Below are positions 23,420 to 33,794 of a stretch of DNA of 64,000 bases, in pieces (the stretch's first letter is position 1; the number at the start of each line of letters is the position of its first letter). The position numbers and the translations under genes were made by a program. Source of the stretch: Methyloceanibacter sp. (GTDB lineage: Bacteria; Pseudomonadota; Alphaproteobacteria; Rhizobiales; Methyloligellaceae); NCBI GenBank assembly GCA_049801475.1, contig JBARKP010000049.1, forward strand, positions 10,265 to 74,264, read 5' to 3'. Under the pieces are notes generated by a model. That model had not been told where the DNA came from. It did no database searches and was given only the letters and a program-made list of their open reading frames with translations.

Positions 23420-23486
23420 AGAGGCTTCCAGTGACGACACCGGCGATCACCCCTAAGACCATAAGAAATCGGAAGAGTGTCGGCAT
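23340..23486 (-). CDS. Small (48 aa) single-pass membrane protein
   Basis: Below the ORF-track size cutoff. ATG at 23486 gives MPTLFRFLMVLGVIAGVVTGSLYVLAEYFQPEPKEISKALRNVKVRSE*. I recall a small conserved Rhizobiales family of this form near aroK, but this is not database-checked. Confidence 0.5.
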   Translation of the reverse strand: MPTLFRFLMVLGVIAGVVTGSLYVLAEYFQPEPKEISKALRNVKVRSE

Positions 23487-23680
23487 CGAGGCGCTCGTTT
23501 CCTTAAGCGTCTTGTATTCGGGAACGGGGCGTTATTATGGCTTGAACCGCCAGCTGGCTTCCAGCTTCCATCTATGATGGACGACTCGAAGGGCCGTTGT
23601 CAGTATTGGAAAATCATGGAACCGTGCGGCCCACGCAACGCGCCGATGCGACTGCTCGTCGCGCCACCTTAGACGACTGA

Positions 23681-24313
23681 ATGAGTTTACGACTGACTGA
23701 GCGCAAGAAAGAGCTGAAGCAGGAACGGCTGGCACGTATCCGCGAGACCCTTGGATCGAGGAGCATCGTGCTGATCGGCCTCATGGGAGCCGGCAAGACG
23801 GCGGTGGGTAGACGGCTGGCCAACCGGCTCGACCTCGCCTTCATCGATGCCGACAGCGAGATCGAGCTTGCCGCGGGCGAGACCGTCAGTGAGATTTTCG
23901 CCGAGCATGGCGAGCATTATTTCCGCCAGGGCGAAGCCAAGGTCATTGCGCGCCTTTTGCAGGGGGGCCCCCAGGTTCTCGCGACCGGCGGCGGCGCGTA
24001 CATGGACGCCGGCACGCGGGCGAATATCAAGGCGAAAGGCCTCTCGATATGGCTCAAGGCCGAGTTACCGGTGCTGCTGCATCGCGTGCGCCGCCGCAAC
24101 AACCGGCCTCTGCTTGCGTCCGGCAACCCCGAGACGATGATGCGCGAGTTGATGCAGAAGCGCCATCCCGTCTATGCCAAAGCCGACATCACCGTGGAGA
24201 GTCGCGACGTGCCCCATGACGTGATCGTGTCCGACGTCGTCGAGGCTTTGGCGCGCTGGCTCGGCTGCCAGACGAAGGCAGGCGCGACCAGCAGCCGCAG
24301 TAAGGTGCGATGA
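23681..24313 (+). CDS. aroK: Shikimate kinase
   Basis: IVLIGLMGAGKTAVGRRLA Walker A...LATGGGAY. Confidence 0.9.
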   Translation: MSLRLTERKKELKQERLARIRETLGSRSIVLIGLMGAGKTAVGRRLANRLDLAFIDADSEIELAAGETVSEIFAEHGEHYFRQGEAKVIARLLQGGPQVLATGGGAYMDAGTRANIKAKGLSIWLKAELPVLLHRVRRRNNRPLLASGNPETMMRELMQKRHPVYAKADITVESRDVPHDVIVSDVVEALARWLGCQTKAGATSSRSKVR

Positions 24314-25464
24314 TGCGAGAACAATTGGCTGCATTGGCACCCCACTCGGAAGAGACCACCATCAGAGTGGGGCTCGCCGAGCGGAGCTATGACGTCGTCA
24401 TCGGCGAGCGCCTTCTCGATAGGAGCGGCTCACGGATTGCCGCAGCTCTTCCCGGCGCGCGCTGCGCAGTGGTCAGCGATGCCACGGTCGCCACACTGTA
24501 TCTGGCGCGTCTGAAGGCGAGTCTCCAGAAGCACGGACAGTACCTAGGCGAGGCCGTGGTGGCGCCTGGCGAAGCGAGCAAGAGTTTTCCTGTCCTGGCC
24601 AAGGTCTGCGAGCGGCTGCTCAATCTTGGCGTCGAGCGTGGCGACGCCGTCGTAGCCCTTGGCGGCGGCGTGGTAGGCGACCTTGCAGGCTTCGCGGCGA
24701 GCATCCTTCGCCGCGGCGTCCGCCTCGTGCACATCCCCACGACGTTGCTTGCCCAGGTCGACTCCTCCGTCGGCGGCAAGACCGGCATCGACACGGCCCA
24801 AGGCAAGAACCTGATCGGCACGTTCCATCAGCCGAGCCTGGTGCTCGCCGACATTTCGGTCCTGACGACGCTCAGCCCGCGTGACGTCCGTTCGGGCTAT
24901 GCCGAGGTGCTGAAATACGGGCTGCTTGGCGACGCTCGATTCTTCGCCTGGCTTGAAGAGAGCTGGCCGCGACTCTTCTCGGGCGAAGGCCAAGAGCGCG
25001 CCCTGGCCATCGCCGCCAGCTGTCGCGCCAAGGTGGCGCTCGTCGAGACGGATGAGCGCGAGGAGAGCGGGACCCGCGCCCTGCTCAATCTCGGCCATAC
25101 ATTCGGCCATGCTTTGGAAGCCTATGCGGGCTATTCCGACAAGCTCCTGCACGGCGAGGCCATCGCCATCGGCATGCGGCTCGCCTTCAGCTTCTCGGTC
25201 GAGCAAGGCCTTTGCCCTGAGAGCGATGCGGCTCGCGTCGAACGACACCTTGCCACAGTCGGGCTGCCGAGCCGGATCGCGAGCATTCCCGGGCAGACGC
25301 CCGCGCCGGAGCGGCTGCTTCAGCTCATGGCTCAGGATAAGAAAGTCAAAGCCAGCAAGCTTGCTCTGGTGCTGGTGCGAGGCGTAGGGCAGGCATTCGT
25401 GGAGCGCGATGTCGCCATGGACCGCTTGAGCGCTTTCCTGGCGCGGGAGTGCAGCAGCCAATGA
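24310..25464 (+). CDS. aroB: 3-dehydroquinate synthase
   Basis: VALGGGVVGDLAGFAA...PTTLLAQVDSSVGGKTGI...LNLGHTFGHALE. A 4-bp overlap with aroK. Confidence 0.93.
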   Translation: MMREQLAALAPHSEETTIRVGLAERSYDVVIGERLLDRSGSRIAAALPGARCAVVSDATVATLYLARLKASLQKHGQYLGEAVVAPGEASKSFPVLAKVCERLLNLGVERGDAVVALGGGVVGDLAGFAASILRRGVRLVHIPTTLLAQVDSSVGGKTGIDTAQGKNLIGTFHQPSLVLADISVLTTLSPRDVRSGYAEVLKYGLLGDARFFAWLEESWPRLFSGEGQERALAIAASCRAKVALVETDEREESGTRALLNLGHTFGHALEAYAGYSDKLLHGEAIAIGMRLAFSFSVEQGLCPESDAARVERHLATVGLPSRIASIPGQTPAPERLLQLMAQDKKVKASKLALVLVRGVGQAFVERDVAMDRLSAFLARECSSQ

Positions 25465-26774
25465 CACTGGGCCTCGGAGTTACGCTCGGCGCTATTCTCG
25501 GTCTGCTTATCGTCTCGGCCTTCTTCTCAGGGTCAGAGACAGCGCTTACCGCGGCGTCCCGCGCGCGCATGCATGCGCTTGAGCAGGACGGCAACCGGCA
25601 CGCCCGCATCGTCAACCGGCTCCTCCTGATCCGCGAAAGGCTGATTGGCGCCATCCTGCTCGGCAACAGCCTCGCTAACATTGCCGCCTCGGCGCTGGCA
25701 ACGAGCCTCTTCCTCTCTCTTTTTGGCGAGGCTGGGGTGGCCTATGCCGCTGTGGTGATGACCGTTGTCGTCGTGCTGTTTGCCGAGGTGCTTCCCAAGA
25801 CCTACGCCATTGTCAACGCCGACAGGATGGCACTCGTGGTGGCGCCTGCCGTCAGCTTCGTGGTGGCGGTGCTCGCGCCCGTGACCGCCGCCATGCAGTT
25901 CCTGGTCCGCCATACCTTGCGGCTGTTCGGCGCCTTTGTCAGCGATGACGCCGAGGTGCTGTCGGCCCATGAGGAGCTGCGCGGCGCCATCGCGCTGCAT
26001 CACAAGGAAGGCGGCGTGGTCAAGCTCGACCGTGACATGCTGGGCGGCGTGCTCGATCTGCGCGAGCTCACGGTCTCCGATATCATGGTGCACCGGACAA
26101 AAATGGACGCCATCGACGTGGAGCTGCCCACCGAGCAAATCGTCGACGCGGCACTGAAGAGCTCGCATACGAGGCTGCCGCTGTGGCGGGGCGAGCGCGA
26201 GGAGATCGTGGGCGTGCTTCACGCCAAGACCTTACTCCGCGCTCTACGGGAAGCGCGCGGAGATTTGAGCAAGCTCGACATTTTGGCCCTGTCGACGCCA
26301 CCCTGGTTCGTGCCCGACGCCACGACGCTCAAGGACCAGCTCAACGCTTTCCTCAAACGCAAGGCCCATTTCGCGATCGTGGTCGACGAGTATGGCGAGG
26401 TCATGGGCCTCGTCACGCTGGAGGACATCATCGAGGAGATCGTGGGCGATATCACCGACGAGACCGACATCGCCTCGATCGCCGCGAAGGTTCAGCCGGA
26501 CGGCTCCCTGATCGTCGATGGCTCGGTGCCGATCCGCGACGCGAATCGCATGATGGACTGGGACATTCCCGACGAGGAGGCAACCACCATTGCGGGCCTC
26601 GTCATCCACGAGGCGCAGACCATTCCCGATCCGGGCCAACGTTTCACCTTTCACGGCTTCCGCTTCGAGGTGATCCGCCGCCAGAGAAACCGCATCACGT
26701 CGCTGCGCGTGACCCCGCTCGGCGCCACGCGTCGAGCCAAAGATCCGGGCAGCAAAGCCTCGCAAGGATCATGA
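25461..26774 (+). CDS. HlyC/CorC family transporter (DUF21 + CBS pair + CorC_HlyC)
   Basis: SAFFSGSETALT (DUF21), a CBS pair (TVSDIMVHRTKM..., HFAIVVDEYGEVMGLVTLEDIIEEIVG) and a C-terminal transporter-associated domain. The ATG at 25461 overlaps the aroB stop (ATGA); the track ORF starts at 25449. Confidence 0.85.
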   Translation: MTLGLGVTLGAILGLLIVSAFFSGSETALTAASRARMHALEQDGNRHARIVNRLLLIRERLIGAILLGNSLANIAASALATSLFLSLFGEAGVAYAAVVMTVVVVLFAEVLPKTYAIVNADRMALVVAPAVSFVVAVLAPVTAAMQFLVRHTLRLFGAFVSDDAEVLSAHEELRGAIALHHKEGGVVKLDRDMLGGVLDLRELTVSDIMVHRTKMDAIDVELPTEQIVDAALKSSHTRLPLWRGEREEIVGVLHAKTLLRALREARGDLSKLDILALSTPPWFVPDATTLKDQLNAFLKRKAHFAIVVDEYGEVMGLVTLEDIIEEIVGDITDETDIASIAAKVQPDGSLIVDGSVPIRDANRMMDWDIPDEEATTIAGLVIHEAQTIPDPGQRFTFHGFRFEVIRRQRNRITSLRVTPLGATRRAKDPGSKASQGS

Positions 26775-27050
26775 CGCTTGGGAGCGTTCCTCGGGGGTGA
26801 GCGCGGTTATGGCGAGCGCGTGCACCGCGCCCTTCAGCTCTTCGGCGAGTACCGCGTTGACCATGCGGTGACGCTCAAGCCGCGACTTCCCGGCAAATGC
26901 GGCAGAGACCACGGCCACGCTGAAATGGCTTTCCCCGGTCTTTGGCGACGATCCATGGCCGGCGTGACGGTGGGAGTCGTTCACCACCTCAAGCTCCGCC
27001 GGAGCGAAGGCGCGGCGCAACTTTTTTCTGATCGAATCTTCGACACGCAT
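26769..27050 (-). CDS. BolA family protein
   Basis: 93 aa. LEVVNDSHRHAGH...HFSVAVVSAAFAGKSRLERHRMV...VHALAI. Confidence 0.85.
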   Translation of the reverse strand: MRVEDSIRKKLRRAFAPAELEVVNDSHRHAGHGSSPKTGESHFSVAVVSAAFAGKSRLERHRMVNAVLAEELKGAVHALAITALTPEERSQAS

Positions 27051-27353
27051 ATGGGTCCTACCGTCTGTTCACATTCATGCGTTGCTATTTCGGAGGGGTC
27101 CGATCACGCTCAGCGATACCGCGATTAATATCGCGGCGAGCAGGAGGGCGGCCATGGTGGCCCAAGGAATGCGTCTTTGCATGACCGAACCCGGGCCCTC
27201 CAGCCCACCGCTGCCTAGTGGAAAGGCTTTTGACAATCCTGCTCTAGAAATCCGAGCGGCCCCCATCGACCGGACTAGCAGATTTGGCCCGCGGTTCGAG
27301 GCGCAGGCGACCCGCCGCTTGCCCTCGGCATGCTCACTACCCATAATCGGTGA

Positions 27354-27983
27354 ATGAAGCTCGACTCGAAATTCTTCGACCGCCTCCGGATCAAGCCCGA
27401 CGCGAGCCGGCTGATGCGCGACGCCTGCCCCTCCTGTGAGTGGCAAGGCTGCTCGGAGCCGGGACTCTACCCGGCCCCCAAGGGGCGAGGCCACGAAGGC
27501 GAGTACCACCGCTTTTGCCTCGAACATGTGCGGGAATATAACAAGTCGTACAATTACTTCTCCGGCATGCCCGACGAGGATGTGGCGAAGCATCAGAAGG
27601 ACGATGTGGTCGGCCACCGCCCGACTTGGTTCGTGGGTGTGAATTCCTCGGCACGCAATCGCGCGGCGAAATATGGAGAGCGGCGCAACGGTTTCGCCCA
27701 CCGCTTCACCACCCTTGATCCATTCGGGCTGTTCGGAGCCAAGGCGGCAGCCGGACCGAACCAGCCTGGCGAGCCGAGCCGACCCGTGCGGAGGGCCGAA
27801 CGCAAATGCCTGCGCCTCCTCAATCTCGAGGATAACGCCACCAAGCCCGAGATCAAGGCGCGCTTCAAGGACTTGGTTAAGCGCCACCACCCCGACCGGA
27901 ACGGCGGCGACCGCCGCTCCGAGGACAAGTTGCGCGAAGTGATCCAAGCCTATAATTATCTGCGGCAGGCGGGGCTAGCTTGA
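27354..27983 (+). CDS. J-domain-containing protein (DnaJ-like co-chaperone)
   Basis: C-terminal J domain (LLNLEDNATKPEIKARFKDLVKRHHPDRNGGD...YNYLR) contains the HPD motif. Confidence 0.8.
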   Translation: MKLDSKFFDRLRIKPDASRLMRDACPSCEWQGCSEPGLYPAPKGRGHEGEYHRFCLEHVREYNKSYNYFSGMPDEDVAKHQKDDVVGHRPTWFVGVNSSARNRAAKYGERRNGFAHRFTTLDPFGLFGAKAAAGPNQPGEPSRPVRRAERKCLRLLNLEDNATKPEIKARFKDLVKRHHPDRNGGDRRSEDKLREVIQAYNYLRQAGLA

Positions 27984-28066
27984 GCGGCACGCCCTCGATC
28001 CCCGCTGTTCAGGGCTAAAGCTTCGGCAAGCCCCGATGCAACGCGACTGACAGGCTCTTACACTCC

Positions 28067-29056
28067 ATGACACTTTTAGCTGCTACCAACGGCGCCGGGC
28101 TGCCGGACATGGCGGTTTCGGTGCGCCAGGTTTTCGGCATCGACACCGATCTCGAGGTCCCAGCCTATTCAAGCCCTGACGAGCACGTGCCGGACGTCGA
28201 CTCGGACTACCTCTTCAACAAGGAGGTGACGCTCGCCATCCTTGCTGGTTTCGAGCACAACCGCCGGGTGATGATTCAGGGCTATCACGGGACCGGCAAG
28301 TCCACCCATATCGAGCAGGTGGCGGCGAGGCTGAACTGGCCCTGCATGCGCATCAACCTCGACAGCCATGTGAGTCGCATCGACCTCGTAGGCAAGGACG
28401 CGATCGTCATCCGCGATGGACTTCAGGTGACCGAGTTCAGGGAGGGCATTCTCCCTTACGCGCTTCAGACCAACACCGCGCTCGTCTTCGACGAATACGA
28501 CGCCGGCCGCCCGGACGTGATGTTCGTGATCCAGCGCGTACTCGAGGTCTCGGGCAAGCTCACGCTGCTCGATCAGTCGAAGGTGATCAGGCCGCACCCT
28601 GCCTTCCGCCTCTTCGCCACGACCAACACAATCGGGCTTGGCGACACGAGCGGCCTCTATCACGGGACCCAGCAGATCAACCAGGGCCAAATGGACCGCT
28701 GGTCGATCGTCGCCACGCTCAACTACCTGCCGCATGACGACGAGGTGAACATCGTCCTCGCCAAGGCCAAGAGCTGGAACACCGAGTCCGGCCGCAAGGC
28801 GGTGAGCAACATGGTTCGCGTCGCGGAGCTCACCCGCAACGCCTTCATGAATGGCGACCTGTCCACGGTGATGAGCCCCCGCACGGTGATCACCTGGGCC
28901 GAGAACGCCGAGATTTTCGGCGACGTTGGCGTGGCCTTCGCGCTCAGTTTTCTCAACAAATGCGACGAGCTCGAGCGCGGCCTGATCGCCGAGTTCTATC
29001 AGCGCTGCTTTGGCGAGGACTTGCCTCAGTCGACCGCCAACGTGGCCTTGAGCTGA
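28067..29056 (+). CDS. cobS: CobS-type AAA+ ATPase (aerobic cobaltochelatase small subunit family)
   Basis: [43 protein letters not shown]...[15 protein letters not shown]. Confidence 0.9.
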   Translation: MTLLAATNGAGLPDMAVSVRQVFGIDTDLEVPAYSSPDEHVPDVDSDYLFNKEVTLAILAGFEHNRRVMIQGYHGTGKSTHIEQVAARLNWPCMRINLDSHVSRIDLVGKDAIVIRDGLQVTEFREGILPYALQTNTALVFDEYDAGRPDVMFVIQRVLEVSGKLTLLDQSKVIRPHPAFRLFATTNTIGLGDTSGLYHGTQQINQGQMDRWSIVATLNYLPHDDEVNIVLAKAKSWNTESGRKAVSNMVRVAELTRNAFMNGDLSTVMSPRTVITWAENAEIFGDVGVAFALSFLNKCDELERGLIAEFYQRCFGEDLPQSTANVALS

Positions 29057-29058
29057 CG

Positions 29059-30960
29059 ATGAGGCTGGCCAAGCGAAAGGAAGCGCCGCTCGATCCGTTC
29101 AAGCGCGCGCTCACCCTTGCCACTCGCTCCATCGCCTGTGACAGCGCCGTCGAGGTCGTGTTCAGCAACGAGCCCGCTGGCCTTTCCGGTAAGACGGCGC
29201 GCTTGCCGGAGCTCTCGCGCATTCCGACCAAGACCGAGATCGCGGTGATCCGCGGCCATGCCGACGCCGCCGCGCTTGCGGTCGCCTGTCATGACCCCCG
29301 CCTGCATGCGTCGCTCGCGCCCTCCGGTGGCGAGGCTCGCGCCGTGTTCGAGGCGATCGAGCAGGCCCGGGTCGAAGCCATCGGCGCCCAGCGCATGGAG
29401 GGTGTAGCGGCCAATCTCACGGCACGCCTCGAGCAACGCTACGAACGAAGCCGTCTTAACGAAGCGACCGACCGCTCCGAGGCGCCGCTCCCCGAGGCTC
29501 TTGCCCTCCTCGTGCGCGAGCGGCTCACCGGCCTTGCCCCGCCGGCCAAGGCACGCGCGATCGTCAATCTCTGGCGCCCCTGGATCGAGGGTCGCGCGAG
29601 GTCCGTCCTCAATCGCATGACCGACACGCTATTCGACCAACAGGCCTTCGGCGGACTTGCGCGCGACCTGCTCGCCGCCCTCAACCTTGCCGACCAGCTC
29701 GACCAGGGCGCCGAGCAAGGCCAGGAGGGCACGGAGGGCGAGCGCGAACCCTCCTCCGCCGATACCGAGGACGAGGACGCCGGTGGCCGAGAGCGTGCCG
29801 AGCTGGCCGCCGACAGTCGGACGGATCAGGATGCCGTCAGCGATGAGGCCCTTGACGACCGGGACGATGGAGCCGTCGATCGTCTCGATCGCGACGCCGA
29901 CGCCCCCGAAGGTCCGCGCCGCCCGAAGACCCGGCGCCCCAACCTTTCGATTCTCGATAACCCTGAGGCCTTCGGCTACAAGGTTTTCACCCGCGCCTAC
30001 GACGAGACCGTCGGCGCCGAAGAGCTCTGCGACAGCGACGAGCTGGACCGCTTGCGCGCGTTTCTCGACAAGCAGCTGCAGTCGCTCCACGGCGCCGTTG
30101 CCCGGCTCGCCAACCGCCTGCAACGGCGCCTTTTGGCTCAGCAAAACCGCGGCTGGGATTTCGATCTCGACGAGGGTCAGATCGATGCGGCGCGCCTTAC
30201 CAGAGTGATCGTGGAGCCGCTGCATCCGCTCACCTTCAGGCAGGAGCGTGATACTAAGTTCCGCGACACCGTGGTCACGCTGCTTCTCGACAATTCCGGC
30301 TCGATGCGCGGGCGCCCCATCATGGTGGCGGCCTGCTCGGCCGATATTCTCGCCCGCACGCTCGAGCGCTGCGGGGTGAAGGTGGAGATCCTGGGCTTCA
30401 CCACCAGGGCCTGGAAGGGCGGTCACGCCCGCGAGCAATGGCTGAACGCGGGCAAGCCTGGCCTCCCCGGCCGGCTCAACGACCTCCGCCATATCGTCTA
30501 CAAATCCGCCGAAGCCCCCTGGCGGAGATCGCGGCGCAATCTCGGCCTGATGATGCGCGAGGGCCTGCTCAAGGAGAATATCGACGGCGAAGCGCTTGCC
30601 TGGGCGCACCAGCGGCTTCTCGCGCGACCCGAACAGCGACGCATCCTGATGATGATCTCTGACGGCGCTCCGGTCGACGATTCGACGCTTTCGGTCAATT
30701 CCGGATCGTATCTTGAGCGTCATCTGCGCCAAGTGATCGAGGAGATCGAGACCCGCTCCTCCGTCGAGCTCGTGGCCATCGGCATCGGCCACGACGTGAC
30801 CCGCTACTATCGGCGGGCCGTGACGGTCACCGACGCCGAGGAGCTGGCCGGGGTCATGACCGAAAAGCTTGCCGAGTTGTTCGACAATGACCTCGCCCGG
30901 CGGGATATGTACCGCGCGGCCCCTCGAGCGGCGCGCGCCCAGCGGCACAAGCTGCACTAG
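29059..30960 (+). CDS. cobT: CobT-type vWA-domain protein (cobaltochelatase subunit family)
   Basis: Acidic central linker, then a C-terminal vWA domain ([16 protein letters not shown]...[13 protein letters not shown]). The ATG at 29059 lies 2 nt after the cobS stop. Confidence 0.88.
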   Translation: MRLAKRKEAPLDPFKRALTLATRSIACDSAVEVVFSNEPAGLSGKTARLPELSRIPTKTEIAVIRGHADAAALAVACHDPRLHASLAPSGGEARAVFEAIEQARVEAIGAQRMEGVAANLTARLEQRYERSRLNEATDRSEAPLPEALALLVRERLTGLAPPAKARAIVNLWRPWIEGRARSVLNRMTDTLFDQQAFGGLARDLLAALNLADQLDQGAEQGQEGTEGEREPSSADTEDEDAGGRERAELAADSRTDQDAVSDEALDDRDDGAVDRLDRDADAPEGPRRPKTRRPNLSILDNPEAFGYKVFTRAYDETVGAEELCDSDELDRLRAFLDKQLQSLHGAVARLANRLQRRLLAQQNRGWDFDLDEGQIDAARLTRVIVEPLHPLTFRQERDTKFRDTVVTLLLDNSGSMRGRPIMVAACSADILARTLERCGVKVEILGFTTRAWKGGHAREQWLNAGKPGLPGRLNDLRHIVYKSAEAPWRRSRRNLGLMMREGLLKENIDGEALAWAHQRLLARPEQRRILMMISDGAPVDDSTLSVNSGSYLERHLRQVIEEIETRSSVELVAIGIGHDVTRYYRRAVTVTDAEELAGVMTEKLAELFDNDLARRDMYRAAPRAARAQRHKLH

Positions 30961-31041
30961 CGGTGCCGGCGTGGCGTTCCTCTCGGTGAGGTCTGGCGCA
31001 ATTCCGTAAGCGTAGGCATCGCTGCGGCAGCGGCCCTCGTC

Positions 31042-31925
31042 ATGGCTCCGGCTTTGGCAGACAAGCCGGCGAGCGTGCTCGGCGGCGTCGAGCGTGTGGC
31101 TGTCACCGCGATTCCCATAGACTTCGACCGGGACAATCCGGAGCACAAAGAGTTCGGCAAGCTCGTCTGGCGCGGCGGGGTCAACCTGTTCGGCAAGTCC
31201 TCCTATTTCGGCGGCTATTCCGCCCTCGCCGTCGACGCTTTTGGCAACTCGCTGCTTGCGATCTTCGATGCCGGAACCTGGCTCCGAGCAAGTCTCGACC
31301 ATGATGGACGGACGCTCAAAGGCCTGAGCGAGGTGTCCATTGGTCCGATCCTCGGCAAGGACGGGAAGCCGCTTGCGGACGATCGGGAGCGCGATTCGGA
31401 AGTCGTGGCGCTCCTCGACGGCGATAACACGCGGGGCATCGCCTATGTCTCCTTCGAGCGCGATCACCGCATCGAGCGCTACCCCTTCACGCGCGACCGA
31501 TTCGGACCATCTGACGGCGCGCTGCCCTCCCCGCCGAAGCGAAGCCGATGGATGCAAACCGCGGTATCGAGGCGCTGGCGCCGATTCGCGTGGGCAGGCT
31601 CAAGGGAACGACGTCGTCTTTTCCGAGGGCCTATTGGACAAGAGCGGCAATCTTCGGGGTTGGTTGATCGGAGGACCCATGCCAGGACTGATCATGCAGC
31701 AGAGCATCGGCGGCTTCGACATTACCGACGCCGCCCCGCTCCCCGATGACGGCATCGTCCTGCTCGAGCGACGCTTCCGCTACAGTGAGGGGGGTGAAGA
31801 TGCGCATCCGCCGCATTGGCGCGAAGGATTTGAGGCCCGGCGCCCTGATCGAGGGAGACATCCTGCTTGAGGCCAATGACAGCTACAACATCGACAATAT
31901 GGAGGGCATCGCCGCCCACTGGTAA
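31042..31925 (+). pseudogene. Phytase-like esterase family (PF13449-like) gene, at least 3 frameshifts
   Basis: The conserved protein can only be read by switching frames. ...ERYPFTRDRFGPSDGA | ALPAEAKPMDANRGIEALAPIRVGRLKGT | VVFSEGLLDKSGNLRGWLIGGP...LLERRFRYSEG | VKMRIRRIGAKDLRPGALIEGDILLEANDSYNIDNMEGIAAHW*. The last shift sits at a G6 run (31789-31794). The 5' end is uncertain. Confidence 0.65.
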
Positions 31926-32047
31926 TCAGCCGGCGAGACGATCCTCACACTGATGTCCGACGACAACTTCAGCCCTCTGCAGCGGACGCTGCTGATGCAA
32001 TTCGCTCTGCCCGACGCCAAACCTGTGCTCGCCCAGCCAAGCAACCG

Positions 32048-32350
32048 CTAAGGTGCGGCTTGAGCTTGTGCGCCCTGCACCTTGGCAATTTCGCGTTTGA
32101 GACGCTTGGCCTTGAGCGAGAGCTCGTCTTCCCGGGCTTTGGTGAGGTAGCCATCGAGGCCGCCGCGGTGCTCGACCGAGCGCAGGGCAGCCGCGCTGAT
32201 GGTGAGACGCACGCGCTTCTTCAAAGCTTCGCTCTCGAGCGTCACGTTGCAAAGATTGGGCAGGAAGCGGCGTTTCGTCCTGCGATTGGCGTGGCTCACA
32301 TTGTTGCCGGTAAGGACCGCTTTGCCGGTCAGCTCGCAACGGCGGGCCAT
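32048..32350 (-). CDS. rpmB: 50S ribosomal protein L28
   Basis: [33 protein letters not shown], from the ATG at 32350. Confidence 0.93.
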   Translation of the reverse strand: MARRCELTGKAVLTGNNVSHANRRTKRRFLPNLCNVTLESEALKKRVRLTISAAALRSVEHRGGLDGYLTKAREDELSLKAKRLKREIAKVQGAQAQAAP

Positions 32351-32572
32351 CGTTCTTGTTCCTTGTTTCGAAACCTGCCTGGAAGCAACTAGCGCGGACG
32401 CAGGTTCAAAAGGCGAGCGTTGCGCGAGGGCGGCCGAGATATACGGGGCCCGCCGGAAACGGTCAAGGCGGTAGCATCCCAACCCCCAACCTCAGAATTG
32501 ACGAATTCTACGAATAACCCGACACTCGGGCTTGGGTTTGCCTAGCGGTCCCGTTAGCCCAGGGTTTGGGTC

Positions 32573-33445
32573 ATGCTTATAGCGCGACATTGCTTGAGCC
32601 TAGCGGCGGTTGCAGTCCTCACTTGCGGACTCAGCGGCAGCCCTTCGGGCGAGGCGGCCTTTGCGGAGAACAGCCTAGGCTCCGCAAACCGGATAGTCGC
32701 CGTCTATCGCGTCGATTTGGCGGGCTTCAATCTCGGCGACTTTCGCCTGACGACGGTGTTCAGCGGCGACGGCTACGAGATGCGTGGCGAAGGGCGCTTC
32801 TCCATTCTCGAGGGACTCCTCTACGACTGGCGCGGCACGACGGCGAGCAAAGGAAAGGTCACCAGCGCGCACCCCGAACCGGCGATGTACGCGTTGAGCT
32901 ATAAGGGCGGAGACAAGAGCGGGCAGCTTCGCATGACCTTTGACGGCGGCGCCGTCACGCAAGTCTCGATGGTTCCGAGCAAGAGACCGAATCCGCACGT
33001 CATTCCGATCACCAAGGAACAGCTCGAAGGCGTGTTCGATCCGATGACGGCGGCTTTTCTTTACGTCCGTTCCGAAAACCCCAATGGCGACCCGAAGGTC
33101 TGCGACCAGACTATTCCCGTCTTCGACGGCGAGCAGCGCTTCGATCTCGTGCTCACGCCGAAGCGGACGGTGAAGGTGCAGAAGGATGCATCGACCGGCT
33201 ATTCGGGCCTTGCCGCCGTGTGCCGCGTCAAGTTCATCCCGATTTCCGGATATCGGCCCGACAACCCCGGCATCAGGCTCATGTCGTCGACCAACGAGAT
33301 CGAGGTCTGGCTCGTCTCTCTGCCAGGGACCGCCATGTACTTGCCTTATCGGATTGTGTTGCCGACGGTTGTGGGCTATGGCTCGGCAACGTCGACGTCC
33401 TTCCAAGTCAGCAGAGGCGCCCGCCGCGCGAGCCTTGACCCCTGA
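32573..33445 (+). CDS. Secreted DUF3108-like protein
   Basis: 290 aa with a signal peptide (LSLAAVAVLTCGLSGSPSGEA). The beta-rich sequence and its position next to rpmB match the DUF3108 proteins I know from Rhizobiales. The family call is from memory. Confidence 0.55.
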   Translation: MLIARHCLSLAAVAVLTCGLSGSPSGEAAFAENSLGSANRIVAVYRVDLAGFNLGDFRLTTVFSGDGYEMRGEGRFSILEGLLYDWRGTTASKGKVTSAHPEPAMYALSYKGGDKSGQLRMTFDGGAVTQVSMVPSKRPNPHVIPITKEQLEGVFDPMTAAFLYVRSENPNGDPKVCDQTIPVFDGEQRFDLVLTPKRTVKVQKDASTGYSGLAAVCRVKFIPISGYRPDNPGIRLMSSTNEIEVWLVSLPGTAMYLPYRIVLPTVVGYGSATSTSFQVSRGARRASLDP

Positions 33446-33794
33446 GCCGGCCCGGGGCTGAGGGTCGACGTGCCAAGAGTTAACGGCTGCTCCCCCAATC
33501 ACAACATGTCGTAGCGAACAGATGCCGAAAATTAACGCTCCCCCGATTCGTCTGTGTTCCGTTCCCGTTGTTTTCCGCGATTGCTAAGATCTCGGGAGGT
33601 CCGCACACAACGGGTGGACCCTTTCGCGGGCGCTCCGCGACGGCATTGACAAAGCAGGTCCGGCCTCGTGATTCCTGTAGAGAACGAAATCCGAATGGGC
33701 CGAGTCCGCGATTCGATCGAGATTCGTTCCCCCCTCGTTCCCGTGGCGCCTTGCGCCTCACTCGGCCGCAAACACCAGATCTAGGATTCGCGTC

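Noticed and set aside
29629-31557. 642-aa minus-strand ORF, plus many other long antisense ORFs (12449-13477+, 15554-16384-, 18217-19344+, 19703-20653+, 24544-25467-, 27075-27947-, 34416-35609-, 40576-41331+, 44470-45333+, 46904-47716+, 49673-50812-).
   Set aside because: Each lies opposite a gene with clear family motifs (cobT, PPIase, secA, the L,D-transpeptidases, accA, aroB, the J-domain gene, the helicase, etfA, the SRPBCC/SDR genes, ccr, ecm). Their translations are Arg/Ala/Gly/Pro-rich with no motifs. These are the usual stop-poor shadow frames of high-GC DNA.
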